A DNA stretch of 64,000 nucleotides, taken from assembly GCF_018977255.1 (NCBI RefSeq), contig NW_024704752.1, positions 12,958,001 to 13,022,000 on the forward strand, read 5' to 3'. This DNA is from Callorhinchus milii. Its lineage: Eukaryota. Position 1 is the first letter of the stretch. Each line of letters opens with the position of its first letter. The position numbers and the translations under genes were made by a program. The notes under the pieces are model-generated. The model was not told where the DNA came from, did no database searches, and was given only the letters and a program-made list of their open reading frames with translations. Below are positions 18,907-32,600 of this stretch, one piece after another.

Positions 18907-21900
18907 CTGTAAAAAAAAAGGGCAATGCCAATCAAAGTGGCTGTCAGTCCATGTACAATCACACACAATCCAAACAAAATCTCCTTTTCACGGAAATTGT
19001 AGGAAATAAGGAATTTGCACAGTTTTAAGTTTCTGGCAAAGAGTGAGTTAATAATAATAATCTTTGCATTTGATCTAGAGCCTAATCACGTCTTCGAGGC
19101 ATCTCAAAGCAATTTACAGAATATACTGTAAAGTGAATTTAGCTGCATATTTTGTGGGCAAGTTAGAACAAAATTGCAGTGAATTTTGGTTTCAAAGTCA
19201 TATGGAGAAAAAACACGTCCACTGGCATATATAATTTGTGTATAATATTTATATATGTGTATAAGATTTATATAATTAAAATGTTTCCATCCCTATGATC
19301 AATCAAGTCCAAAGAGATTATTCTTTGGAATTGAATGATCACAGCGATGGAAAATGATTCTTCTTACATGAGGCTCTAAGTTTACACTGACATTTCACAG
19401 CAACAGAAAGGAGGGTAGTTGTGAGGAGAGTTACACTAAAGTGTTTAATTCCAAGTGGCTTATTCCTGCATTCTTCACCGCCAGCAAGGACTCTCAGTCT
19501 CCCAATCCCTGCAACCTCCTGAGCGTTCTGAGACTCCAGTTCCAATCTGAACTTTTATATCAAGTGAGCATTTCGAACAGCTCCAAATAGAGAATATTAA
19601 GAGTATATTGAACCACAACAACTTGCACTTACATAGATAGCCCCTTTCACACGGGGCAGGGTCTCGGAACATATTCAAACACAATGTCAACTTTGCATTG
19701 TGGAAGGAGAAAGCTTTGCTATGTGAAAGCAAATAGAATTATATAGAATATACACCACAGAAACAGACCATTTGGCCCAACTTGACTATGTCGGCGTCTA
19801 TGCTCACCATGTGCTATTCCTTCTCATTTACCTCGGCGGAAGCTTGACATTATTTAACTAGCACAGCCTCCCTCAGTGAGGGACGTAGTTGGTTTTGAAA
19901 GGAGGTAGATAAGCATCAAGTTGTTTCCAATTCCCAGGAATATCAAGCATTTCAAACCAATAGCACTGTCTCGCGTGCAGAACTTGGGCTTGCAATTAGC
20001 AGGTCAATTTGATATGTAGGAGTCCTGTTCCTATCATGCAACGCACGGTATCTTCTCTGTTGAAATGCAAATCAGTACAAAACAGCCACAAGAATAACCA
20101 TAACATCAATAATTTCACTACCAAATTGTTAATAAACTAATAGGTAATAATTTAATAGTATCTAATTTTTCTATACATTTTCCGATGCAGTTCAAATTCT
20201 CATATAAGACTTCTGGTGCAGCATTCAAAGGATTATGTATTTCTAACAAAAATTCATAAAGGATAGTGCTTAATTTTTTTGCCCATTTTCTCACCTCCTC
20301 TCCTGATGGTACTCACACACAATGGGTTACAGTTTCATTAGCAGCTTCATCCTCTATTATTATACATATACCTATAATATATATATTATATCTGGTATCT
20401 ACCCAAGTGGGAGCTTCATGTGTGAATCTGGGCAGCAGGTCTCAGTGGATTATTTAACCATGGGGATGAGAGGCTATCGCCGCTAAGTCCATTCCTCTCC
20501 TTATTCAGTGTTCACACACTGTATATGTATGTGGCAGGAGGGGTCTAACAGCTACACAGACTGGTCTGCTTTGCAGCAAAGAGAAAGTCTCAGTCAAGAT
20601 AATTATCACTTTAATGCAACTTGCTATGACAACCAAGGTGCAAATTATTGTGTTTCAAAAGCCGATTTTCACAATGATTACAAGCATGCACAAGTCAAGC
20701 CTTTGACATATGGGACTGATGTCCTGTGGCAATCATTTCAGCAATCACAAATTATATCAGCTGAACATTATAATTTAATTCAATTTAATGACTCCTGGTT
20801 ATTACCTGTACTGACATCAAGCTTAAATTCCAAAACATTGTATATACTTTGATTTGGAAGAATTCACCAAAGTTCCCTTCCATTGACAAGGGCTCATTCT
20901 TCATTGTGTGAATCTTATCAAGCGAGCAATCCAATTAACTTTTGGTCTCTGGCTTGCTTTTCAATTTGTAATAATTCATGCAAAACCCTATATTCTGATA
21001 CTCCAAGGCAGCAGGATATGAGGGTACAGGCTCAAGCTTGTGAAGAGCAATTTAAATCCAGACAAATAATAATCCTTGCATTTGATATAACATCTTATCA
21101 CATCTTTGAGACTTCTCAAACGCTTCCCAGAATATACCGTAAAGTGAATTGACTGTGTATTTTGTAGGACATATTTCTTTTCATCGAAGCTAATCGAGAA
21201 CTGGAATAGGTTAGCAGAAAGGCTGGCAAAGCCCAGACACTGGTCATTTAAGAAACAGTTTAATGCTGTGGTGGGAGTTTGGGAGAGTATTCTGAAAGGA
21301 TATGATGAAAAGGACCAAAGGATCTTCTTCATCCAAACCTCTCTTGTGATACCCAAATTCCTGAACCATTTTGTCCAACAGATTTTGAAAAAGTGTGTTG
21401 AGAGTTGTGCCATTATGAAACTTTAATAATAATAAACCTTGCATTTGATGTAGCAGCTTATAATGTCGTCGAGCAGTCTCAAAGTGCTTCAGAGGATATA
21501 CTGTGAAGTGGATTGACTGTATTTTCTGGGCGAAACTTTAACGATCTTTTACAGTTCATTTAAGATTTCACAGAGGGTAGACTAACAAGAATTTAAAAAC
21601 AGCACTGTCCCTGAAAGAATCTTATTAAGAGGTAATCTTGTTTTTTTATGAACAGTTAAACTTTTTTCAATTAAAACTTATGATGTATGCAACCTGCTTC
21701 TAGTGTACCCAAATTTATTTTCTTTGGATTAATACAAAATAACTTCTTATAAATTATATAGTAGTACACCTTCCATAGACAAAATGCAAAACTATATGTA
21801 ATCATCAATAGTTTTTTCAAAATCAGGCCTACAGAATAACTGCTACGTATTTGCTATGTGTAGCCAAAGTTTTTCAGTTGCCCTTGGATATTTAGTTCAG

Positions 21901-22234
21901 GAAATATCATATCTCTGCCTGGCATTTCATCACACAGAGAGGAGTAGATTGTGTTACTGACATCAATGTGAAACACAATGGCAAATGAGTATCCTCAAAA
22001 TTTCAACCTTTCCAAGAAAAGATTAGCGGACCACATTTATTTCTCTATGTGATGATGTCTTCCATTTACAAAACAATTATTGTGTCCTGAAAGTATGCTG
22101 TGCACATTTTAAACTTCAAATTGTTTAGTATCTATGTGCTGCGTAGGAGTCATTTTTTAATTCATTTTTTAAACACGGAGGACTATTTGTTTCAGCGATT
22201 CAGGCAATTGGAGGAAAAATCTACACTGAGACCT

Positions 22235-22785
22235 TCCATGTTGAATCTCTTAGACATTAAGTCCTTGATGGGAACTAACTTTCTACAGTTGGATGTCAAC
22301 AAGACCGAGGCCCTCCTGTTTGGATCCTGTCGGTGCCTCCACACCTCGGGCACTGGCAGCATCATCATCCACTCCACCTCACTTGGCCAGTCCGGAATCC
22401 TGGCATCTTATTTGACCTTCAACTGCCTTTTCTATGCTATATCCGTGCCAGGACCTGCTCTGCCTTCCCCCATCTCCGCAATATTACTCAACTCCGCCAC
22501 AGCCTCAACCCTCAGGCCACTGAAACCCTCATCCAAGCATTCATCTCATGTTCCTGCCTTCAGCCTCTCTGCCCCCACATTCCCTTCACCTCGTTCACTC
22601 CTTTGCCTCTTTCAAGGCACGTCTCAAGACCCTCCTCTTCGACCAAGCTTTCAGGCATCCTCCTACCCTCCCTGCTCTCCACCCTCCCTGAGCCCAATAT
22701 TCTTGCTCGGGTCCAAATCCCTGACTGTCCAGTGCCTTGGGATGTCTTTCTGATGTGACAGGCGTTGTACAAATGTAATTATTCT
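22235..22785 (+). mobile_element. L2 LINE 3' fragment
   Basis: DIKSLMGTNFLQLDVNKTEALLFG RT C-terminal motif followed by the L2 tail. Confidence 0.8.
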
Positions 22786-22839
22786 AAGTGACCATGTGTG
22801 AGTCTTGGCAGTAAGGTTTGGCATACTCTGCAACCTTAC

Positions 22840-23200
22840 AACAACACCAACTTGCATTTATATGGCGCCCTTCACGTGGGGTAACATCACGGAGAGTTTG
22901 ACAGTAGTGGAGTCTGATGCTGAGCCAGGGGAAGAGGGAATGGGGACTGTATGCACAATCAAAACGAACGAGAGCATCTTGAAATCAATCCGTTCAGTGG
23001 TTGGGAGCTGGTGGAGCCTGGCAAGGACTGGTAGGATGGGGGTACGGAATTTTGTGCAGGTGATTATCCGGGCAGTGAACTTTTGGATTAATTTACTTTT
23101 GTCCATGGTGTAGTTGGGGAGACCAGCGAGGAAGGCATTGGAATAGTCCAGCCGGGACGTGTCGAAGACATGGGCGAGGGTTTCGGCTGCGTTGGTTAAG
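22840..23200 (-). mobile_element. L2 LINE 3' fragment
   Basis: The minus strand encodes QKFTARIIT.TK..TPILPVLARLHQLP..ERIDFK; (AAC)n tail at 22840. Confidence 0.8.
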
Positions 23201-23886
23201 GTTTGTTATAGCTGAGCCTAATCCTGATTTCTTCTCAGATCCTGATGTGCAAGTTCTCTTGTGAGGACACTTGCTGATTTATTTTCCTCTCTAACTTAGG
23301 GATACTGAGGTCAACTTTAATGCTTTCCCTGGATATGAGCTAGCTCACCACAAAGAGGGATCGAATCTGGACTTTCCTGATCTATTTATTTGCTCAGCTT
23401 TATACCCGACAGAGTCTTTACCAACTATTGAGGGAACTTTGCACAAACATTTGTGAATATGCATTTTAAAAACGTTATAAACAAAACACTTTCATTATTT
23501 TCTTTCCACTTTTACAAAAGTTATATATTAGGGCTAGAGTTCACCACATATGAGGTTCGTAAAAAAGAAAGCAAGAAACAACTTGTAGTTCCATAGTGGC
23601 TTATAAATCCAGTGCTTCAAAGCATTTCACAAATAACTACTGTCAAATATAATAACTGTTTTTGTAGGCAAACACAGCAGACTTTTTACCAGCAATGTCC
23701 ACTAACAGCTATGAAGTGAAAAACCTATTAATCCAGAAGATTTTGACCAAAACTATGTACTGGACAAATAATTGTACAAAAAAGAAAAGTAACATAACAG
23801 GTAGTAGCACTTCTATCTAAAGTTAAGCAACTGAGAAAGAAAACATCAAGTGTGACAAACTCTGAGCCAGGATTCTCGCCACTTAC

Positions 23887-23891
23887 CTCAT
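23887..23891 (-). CDS. GAL3ST2: Candidate first coding exon (ATG AG) of GAL3ST2
   Basis: The minus strand reads ACA ATG AG|GTAAGT: a strong donor, A at -3, and phase 2 matching the 18906 acceptor (giving [11 protein letters not shown]...). There is an in-frame TGA just upstream. Not otherwise verifiable. Confidence 0.4.
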
Positions 23892-26800
23892 TGTGAGTCT
23901 TCACTTTTCCCACAGTTTATTGGTCTTTCTTCTTAAATCTGTCTCTGGTGGACCCCACTTCACTGCGTTTCTCTCAGAAGTTACGTTTTGCTGGTCTCTA
24001 GCCCTTTTTTCTTTAGAATTTTCGGTTAGGAACTTTCCTCTTTTCCTACCTTCTGTGTCTGTCAAGGCAAATCAGTTAATCAAATTGTCCTCTTGGCAAT
24101 CTTTCTTGTGACTATGCAAACTCCCTACTTGTTGGCTTCCTCAACTCCTCCCTCCTTAGGCTACATATCATACAGAACTCCGCAGTCCATTTCCTCTCCC
24201 GCACCAGGCTCTGTGACACTATCAGCCCCATCACACAGAGAATACAGTTCAAGATCCTGGTTCTCACCTTCAAAGCCCTCCATGGCCTCACTCCCCCCTA
24301 GCTCTGCGAGATTCTGCAGGGGCTTCGTATATAATAGCTTCACGTTCTGTACGTCTACCCTTCTCAATACAAACCCCAGAGGGCAACATTTGTCTACCAA
24401 ATGCTTCTTCAAAAAAATCTAATCAGTGGGATTCTAATCTTAGACTAGAAACCTTTCTCTCATGAGTACATTCTCTGTCTCTTTCCATCGTCTTTGACTC
24501 AGATAGTTATGTTCATTCGTAACAGTCTATCATCACTTATTATCAGGGATCACTCATGAAGAATGTTGGCTTGGCCAAGATACAGAAAACCAACATACAT
24601 AGAGATCCTTTTGGAAGAGAAGGTGAGAAAGGGCTACTTACTTAATTGTCTTCACATATGGAGAACTGTTAAATAGATCTGTCTGTCCAGGTGAATGTTA
24701 AAGATTCAATAGTCCAATTCGAGGAGAGTTTATCCTGGTGTCCTGGCCAACAATCCCCAAATACCAAAACAAGTCACTCATTCCATGGTTGTTTGTGGCT
24801 CACTGCTTTTGGCAAATTGACTGATGTGCTTGTCCACAAAATACACATTGTCACATTACTTACAGTATATCCTGTGAAATCCTTTGAGAAGTGTCAATTA
24901 TGTGATAGGTGTTGTATCAACTGCAAGGATCATTATATTATATGATTATTGCCGCAATAACTGGATCGCAGATTACTGAATTGGAAAGGAAAGCATTTGT
25001 CTCTGTATCCAGGTGGGAGGAAGGCTCCAGATATCAGCTACTGCAATGTGTTGTAACTACTGTAGAAATAATTGTTGGTTTACTCCCCACAAAGGATTGA
25101 CAGCTGAACTCAGTCCATAACTGTACATACTTGTATGCCATTGTACGAACAGAAATTGTAATATGAATGAAAAATCCATGTATCTCCATGGAGAATTCCT
25201 GATGTTAAAAATAGATAAAATTGGTTAAACGTAGTACTAAAAGCAAATCCTCATATCCTAGATCTAAACGCTGTATATTTTCAATCCTCAGCCCTTGCAG
25301 AAGTTTGCCCCCAGGACTACCAATTAATAATAATAATCCTTGCATTTGGTATAGTGCCTTATCACATCATTGAGACATCTCAAAGCAAAGCACTTCACAT
25401 ACTGCAAAGTGACCTGACTGTATTTTGTTGGCAAATCTGATTTTATAATAGCATCACTGACACTGATAGTCTTCAAATGACAGAAACCACACTGCAGATC
25501 AGTTTACAAACTATAGTAACTTTTAGTTTTATTTACAAGCCAAATTGCAACAGGACAAATGTAACACAAATATTACGCAGATGTTACAAAGCACTAAAAT
25601 AAAACAATAAAGTCATTTCTAAATTAATTTATCTTTATAGTCAAGTGTCTCAGCTTTGAGTTGATAAATCTCAGAAATGATAAATATCATTCATTTTGAA
25701 TGAGTGAAGTCAGATCTTCGTGAAGTTTTTTTTTCTCTCAAATGGAGTTTACTCTTTGTGAGTTCTTTGGAATATTAAAATGAAAGCTTTTGTATGTTTC
25801 TGCTATTGAAGAAACAGGATATGAAAGTAACTAATTCCGGTTGGAATGTCTCTGCCTTACAATGTCAAATCCCATAACTCTGGAAAATCGTAGAGGTGGA
25901 TGCTTCTTTGGGTTCCTAACAATAGTCTTTCCTGCATGGACAAGTTAACACAGAGCGGAGGTTAAGACCTTTAAATCAACAGCTATTCTTCTCACTGAAT
26001 ATACAAACAAATGCAGGGAACAAACATGTCAGTCTGTTACTCAATAGGAACAATGGATCAGACACATTTGTTCATTTCATTTCAAGAACTACAGATTTAT
26101 ATACAAAGAGACCAGTCAAGAAAACGGTGATAAATACCTCCTCCAATATCAGTATTGAGAACAAAGTCACACCATTAATCTGCGTAAACCATTAATCAGA
26201 GAAATTGTGTTTAAAAGTTGCAGAGGTAACTTTAGCTACTTTCTTTTTCTTCTCATACGTCCTTAACATGAATAAAAGGAGGGATATACAGATTCATGGA
26301 GAGACGAGTACTGATGGATAGGGTCACACCACAATTCTTCTTTCTAGCAAGGTGACTTCAAAAAAGTTCATAGTCCTATATGAAATGAGTTTGGTCAGTT
26401 CCAACCTAAGTATCAAGTGAGGAAACTTTCACAGTAGAAAACTAGGATTGGCGCATAAATGTGGGGACATATAATGGAAAACACAGATCATGAGTTATGA
26501 ATTATTTTGACACAAATCAGCTTCAGCTTCAGGGTCGGGTGTTACATTTCTTTCTGCTGTGATGCCTGGAGGTACAATGGCTTATTTGGTTAAGTCTCCA
26601 GTTGGGTAAAGTCTGAAGTGTTTATTGAAGGGACTTTAGATTTGTCAGTTTTTTTCTCCCTTTCTCCTCTGCTTCTCACCTGTTGCTCTTATTCTTTATT
26701 GCGACTTTTTTTTCCAACATCTTTGTGTCTCTGGTTCAGTTTTGCTCAACTCTGTCCCAATCATACAATTTCTAAGCAAAAGGTCACGCAGGAAAAAAAT

Positions 26801-28326
26801 AACATATTTTCATTCAGATACGTACGGACCTGCTTCACAGGGTAAGAATCCTTGACTGCCCAGCGCCTTGGGACTTCCTCCCGACGTGAAAATGACAAAT
26901 GTAATTTTGTATTGCATTGCATTGCATTACATGGTTAGCAGTCTTTGCGATTATAAACCAGGGGTGTGTTTCTAAAACTCACATGCAGGTCTCGGTGACT
27001 TCAATGCCACTGAATGCAAAGAAGCATATGTTTTGGTAGAGGATACAGTTTCCAGTGTCTGAATACTGATATAGATAAGTGTAGGGAGACTGTAAAACAC
27101 ACTGCTCGAGGGATCTAAACACAGGTGACTTTACACCACACCACACACTGCTCACAGACCCTGGACCCTGTGATGGAGAGGTTGCATGTGGATGGCTGTG
27201 CTCCCAGGTGGCTGAATGCTGTCATAAATGGGACAAAACTGCGATGGCCCTTTGATTGCCAGCACCAGTGTGTCTGTTGGATGTCATCGGTTTAATTATA
27301 AACTGCCTGAGCCAACACGATCGGGTTTCAGCACTGAATATTACAATTCATTGCATAGCCTTCATGTCATCACCGCCGACCGTCGAACGCATGTTCTTTG
27401 GCGTAAAAATGCACAGCTTAATCAACGTGCAGTGTGCAAGTTACATATACATATATATATATATAGATAAAATGCAATATGTATGCACGTGTGTAAGGAG
27501 ATATTTGACGCCAGGAGACACGGTGCCAATTCACACTCTCGGTGGATTACTGCTCTTTCTATTTTCTGCCACAGTTTAAAATAGACGCCCATTTCATCGG
27601 AAACCCGTGTACTATAATAGTCAGTAACTTCACGTATCGGTCGGGCTGGGCCACAGACTGGTCAGTTGGGCTGTGCACTGAATTTTCTTTGCATTGCATT
27701 TCTTTGCATTGCTGTGTGGGCTATGGAAGGGCAGGAGGCGAAGAGAGTCAGAGGTGCAGCGGAGTCGGGGGAGTGGGAAGGGGAGACAGAGAGAGGAGAG
27801 GCGAAGGCTGCATCCGAAAAAGTGTCCATGGAGCTTCTCGGCCACAGGGTAGACAGGTACGATGCACACTGGAACTTTGCTGAGTTACAGGAGAGGTACC
27901 GAGAATGCGATCCATCTTATGCGTTTTCGGATCGTGCGTCGAGGTCCTGATCCAAATGCGCGCACTGTGTGGAACAGATAACTCCACGACTGCATCACCG
28001 TACAATACAATTCCTCCAAAGGAGTTGCTTTTCCTCCTCTGCTGTTCTGAACCCCTGGGCAGGAGCTGCAATCCGATTCCTCCTCCCAGTGACAGCTCGA
28101 ACTGTCCTGAGAGATCTCATACCTGGAGGGAACAGGTTTAGGAACACAGAGCATCTCTCACTCACTCACCCACTCACTCACTCACTCTCCTCCTGAACAC
28201 TCAGCAGTGGAAGTAATATGGCAATACCTTGGTGCATCAGCAGAGCTGGCAGAGGGGTAAGGAACCAGGCATCCATCGAAGTTTTGCAACCAGATACACT
28301 CATCAATGAGGTTGATATCTCTTTGT

Positions 28327-28332
28327 ATGTGT

Positions 28333-28363
<31 letters not shown>

Positions 28364-28371
28364 TGGGGGGG
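28327..28371. repeat. (TG)n followed by poly-G
   Basis: Directly visible. Confidence 0.9.
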
Positions 28372-29428
28372 TTACTCTGTTTTATTTCATACACAAAATT
28401 TGTTGAAAGTAGCTTCACAACACTTCTACGTGTAACATCATTAAGAGGTTTTTTTTTAATGGTCAGAACTGTAAACATCAACAAAACGTGATACATGTAA
28501 TGTAATTAATTAATTAAGCGCTTTGGGACGTCCTCCCGACGTGAAAAGCGCTATATCAAATGCAAGGATTATTATTATTATTCTTATTATGTAATACACG
28601 AAGCAATCCTTTAATAAACCTATGGGTCAGGTGCTGGCACACTGTAGATCTCGCTGCCTATTAATAGGATTCTTCCATGTTTTAATCCTCGGTCTTCTTG
28701 TTCCCTTCATTACCCTCTTTTTACGAGTTCTCCTTTTCAGGTCCATCCTGCAATTTTGAAAAAAAAAACCCGACAAATTGAGAAAATAATTTTTCACATT
28801 TTTCGAAAAACAAAACACATGGAGTTGAAATGTGAGACCGAGCATCAGCCTGTTTTTTGTTGTTATTATTATGTTAGGGACGTTGTTATTCTTAGGAACC
28901 CTACTCCTCTGGTGATCACACATACAGCATCTGAGAGGTGGTTGTATGACCCATTGCAGCCACTGATAAGCAGTGCTTGATGGGTTCAAACAGTGCACAC
29001 AATTTACTAATAGTCTCTCAAGATAGTCTTAAGAGTCACTGTTGCTCCACCATCCCCAGATGCGAGTGTGGTGTATTCACGCCGTGAACTTGTTATCCTC
29101 GTGCTGAGTGTATAGCGTGTAGATCTTTTTTACCATCTTGAACCTGAGGGATGCTCGAGGATCAAGCTGCCAACAAACCTGGATTTCTTTCGCTCGTGTA
29201 TTCGGGCCTGCAGTTTCCCTTCGGTTAAACATTTCTAAACGCTGGTGAACTATATAATGCGCATCCATTAACAGGCTATCCTCACAAAACATTGTACTAC
29301 TGTTCCTATCCCAACTTGAACTCTCCCAACTACTGTACCTATCCTGACAGGACCTATCCTGTCTTATTGTACCCATCCTCCTGTAACCTTAGTCACATCC
29401 TACTGTTTCCATTGTGAGAGCAGCTGCA

Positions 29429-29566
29429 CTTATCTTACTTGCCCTGACATGACTGGTACCTTCTTTGCTCACTCCTTATCTTACTTGCCCTGACATGACT
29501 GGTACCTTCTTTGCTCACTCCTTATCTTACTTGCCCTGACATGACTGGTACCTTCTTCGCTCACTC
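29429..29566. repeat. 46-bp tandem repeat, 3 near-perfect copies
   Basis: cttatcttacttgccctgacatgactggtaccttctttgctcactc at 29429, 29475, 29521. Confidence 0.95.
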
Positions 29567-29690
29567 CTTCCCATTAGAGATGATGAAACAATCTTACTGA
29601 AGTGATGTCACAATACTGAAAGGCTAAAGTCACTGTATGATTTGGATAGATTTGCAACCTGCGGTTACACCTACGCAGCCCTATTAGAGA

Positions 29691-32600
29691 ATGGAGGTGT
29701 TCAAGAAGAACATCAATAAGTATTACGCCGGCATTTTGTCTGAAACGAGCTCCTACAGAAAAAAGATTCAAGGCATTGAGAACAGGTGGGCAGCAACGGT
29801 ATCAACGACACAATCGTCCGTTTGCTTTCTGGCAGAAAGAGTGAGCTACCGACGTGCACTATCAATGAGTAGGATCTGCTGAGATATTAGCCCAGTAAGG
29901 TGTTGGATATTAGTAACCCGTGAATTTGATATAACGCTTCGTAGCAACTGAGCTGGACAGCTTTCTGCACATTTCATCTATTTGCAACATGGTAACATCA
30001 ACGGTGACATAATGATTCAGAAGTGCTGATCACCAGCTTCACTTTAACATGACTCATTGGAACACAGGACCTTGTTTTATTGATCCAAATCAGCACATTA
30101 TAATGAGATCTAACAACACTATACCTGGCACTCTGCTCTTCTCTCCCCATATGCCTCTGCTTCACTCCTATCCTTAAACAACTTTCCCTGGACCCATCCC
30201 TGCTCTCAAACTTCTGCCCCATCTCCAACCTCCCTTTCCTTTCTGAGGTCCTGGAATGAGTCATTGCTTTCCAACTTAGCTCCTTCCTCTCTGGCCGCTC
30301 CCTTCACGAATGCCTCCAATCGGGTTTCTGTGCCACCCATAGCACAGAAACAGCTTTGGTCAAAGTGACAACTGACATTTAATATAATAATAATAATCCT
30401 TGCATTTGATATAGCTCTTTTCACGTCGGGAGGACGTCCCAAAGCGCTTCACAGAACACACTGTAAAGTGAATTGACTGTATATTTGTGGGCGAACGCGG
30501 CAGCCAATTGCACACAGCAATGTCCCACAAACAGTCGTAGATTGAAAATGACCAATTTATTATTGTTTTTGGTTTTGGAGGGATTATTATTAGGCTCTGT
30601 GTGGAGTAAGGAAACTTGCCCAAGGTTTCGCCCTCTGCCTGGAATTGAACTCAGGTCTCTCGCTTGCAAAGTGAGTGCTCTAACTACTGAGCTACAGGAC
30701 TCCACAATGTTTTGTGGAGTCCGTCTGCGACCAGGGTTCCCTCTGCCTCCTCGGTCTCCTTGATTTCTCTGCTGCCTTTGAAACCACTGACCACTCTATT
30801 CTCCTCCATGGTGTCCCACACTATCTTTGTAGAAGGTGCTATATAAGTACAAGTTGTTGTTATGATGTGCAATCTCTGAATGAGATATTCTGTTTCCATG
30901 ACTGCAATTCTTGTGTTTCACACGTAGGCTGGAGAAGAAAATAGACGATTTGGTTGTTGAATATAAGCAACTGGACATCATTGCAAAAGAACTCATTCAG
31001 CGCTTTCAACCCTATTGTCAAAACCTTGCAAGTGAAGCTGGAGAGGATGAGATGTGGTCATCACTGCTGGAGGACAGGTAACTGGACCAATGTGTACAAG
31101 GCATTTGGGGGATGATTGGAGCTATTGAGGTACATTTTCCTGCCAACCTACATTTTTTCACTTCATTGATAAAAACTAAACATGAGGAAGTAACACATTG
31201 TTGCAAAACATTGTTACCTCTGTCCATGGCCTCCTCCGCTGTTCGAACAAAGCACAACGCGAGCTTGAAACACAGCACTTGATCTGGCTCCCGGGTACCT
31301 TACAGCCCTCTGGCCTCAACATTGATTTTAACCACTTCAGATCTTAAACACAGCTCCCATCTTCTCTCAGCCTTGCCTCCCCCCTCCCCTCTTCTATAAC
31401 CATTCACACGTCCTCTGGGTCTTAGATGCATCTTTTCTTTCTATAATCTCCCACTATTGTCCCCTCCGCCACGGCTCCTGCCACTACCCTTTCTTAGACT
31501 CCTTTGCCCCATTTCTCCCTCCTGGATGAAGTTCACCACCTGCTGCCTCGACCCCCTCCCCACCCAGCTGCTGGTCACTCAACTCCCCCTCCTCTCCCCA
31601 TTGCTGGCAGAGCTGGTCAACCAGTCTCTTCCTCAGGCTCTGTTCCACTCCCACTGAAAACCGTTGTTGTCACACCCCTCCTCATAAAACTTACCCTCAA
31701 TCCCTCTAATCTCTCATTCTACTATCCCCTTTGCAACCTAATCTTCCTTGCCAAAGTTCTGAAACTCATTGTTGCAGGTCAATTTAGGTCACACCTCTCT
31801 CTCCAATCCCTCATCAAGTCCCTGCAATCTGGATTTCACCCTGCTCACAGCACAGAGACAGAGCTTGTCATAGTCACCAACGACGTCCTCTCTATCTGTG
31901 ACCAGGGTTCCCTCTGCCACATTAGACACAGTCGACCACACATCCTCCTCCACCACCTTTCCTCCCTCATCTACCTTAGTGGGACTGCACTCACATGGTT
32001 CGAGTCCTACTTAGCCAACCGCCTCCAATTCATCTTGGCAAATCATTTCCCCTCCCGCACCCGCCCGGTCACCCCCAGGATACCTCAGGGTTCCATCCTT
32101 AGCGCTCTTCTTTTCCTTATCTATATGCTCCCTCTGGGTGATGTCATCCACAGACATGGGGATAAACTTCCACATGTATGCCGATGACCCACAAATCTAC
32201 TTTGCCTCTTCCAGCACCAACTCCAGATCCACTGATGTTCTATCAGTTTGTCTGGCAGACATCAGAGCCTGGATGAGTGCAAACTTCCTGCAGCTGAATG
32301 TGAACAAGAAGGAAGCCATACTCCTTGGCTCACGTCAATGTCTTCACTTCTGCGGATCTGAACTCCTCAACCTCCCTGGGCTCTCCCTCAGACTCACTGA
32401 ACCAGTGTGCAATCTAGGTGTCCGGTTCATCCCCCAGCTGTCCTTCCTCCGCCACATCCGGTCCCTGACCAGGACCACCTTCTTTGATCTCTGCCACATG
32501 GCCCGCCTCCAACCGTACCTTACCTCAAATGCAGCGAAACCCTCGTGCATGCGTTTGCCACCTCCCGCCTGGATTACTCAAACGCCCGTCTCCCCAGCTC

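Noticed and set aside
20806-20838. Alternative GAL3ST2 first exon (ATG TTT TGG...CAG|GTAAT, minus strand)
   Set aside because: It ends in phase 0, incompatible with the phase-2 acceptor at 18906.
25870-25900. PPLRF as an RFamide neuropeptide
   Set aside because: It is followed by SR rather than the G-K/R amidation signal, and no signal peptide is seen.
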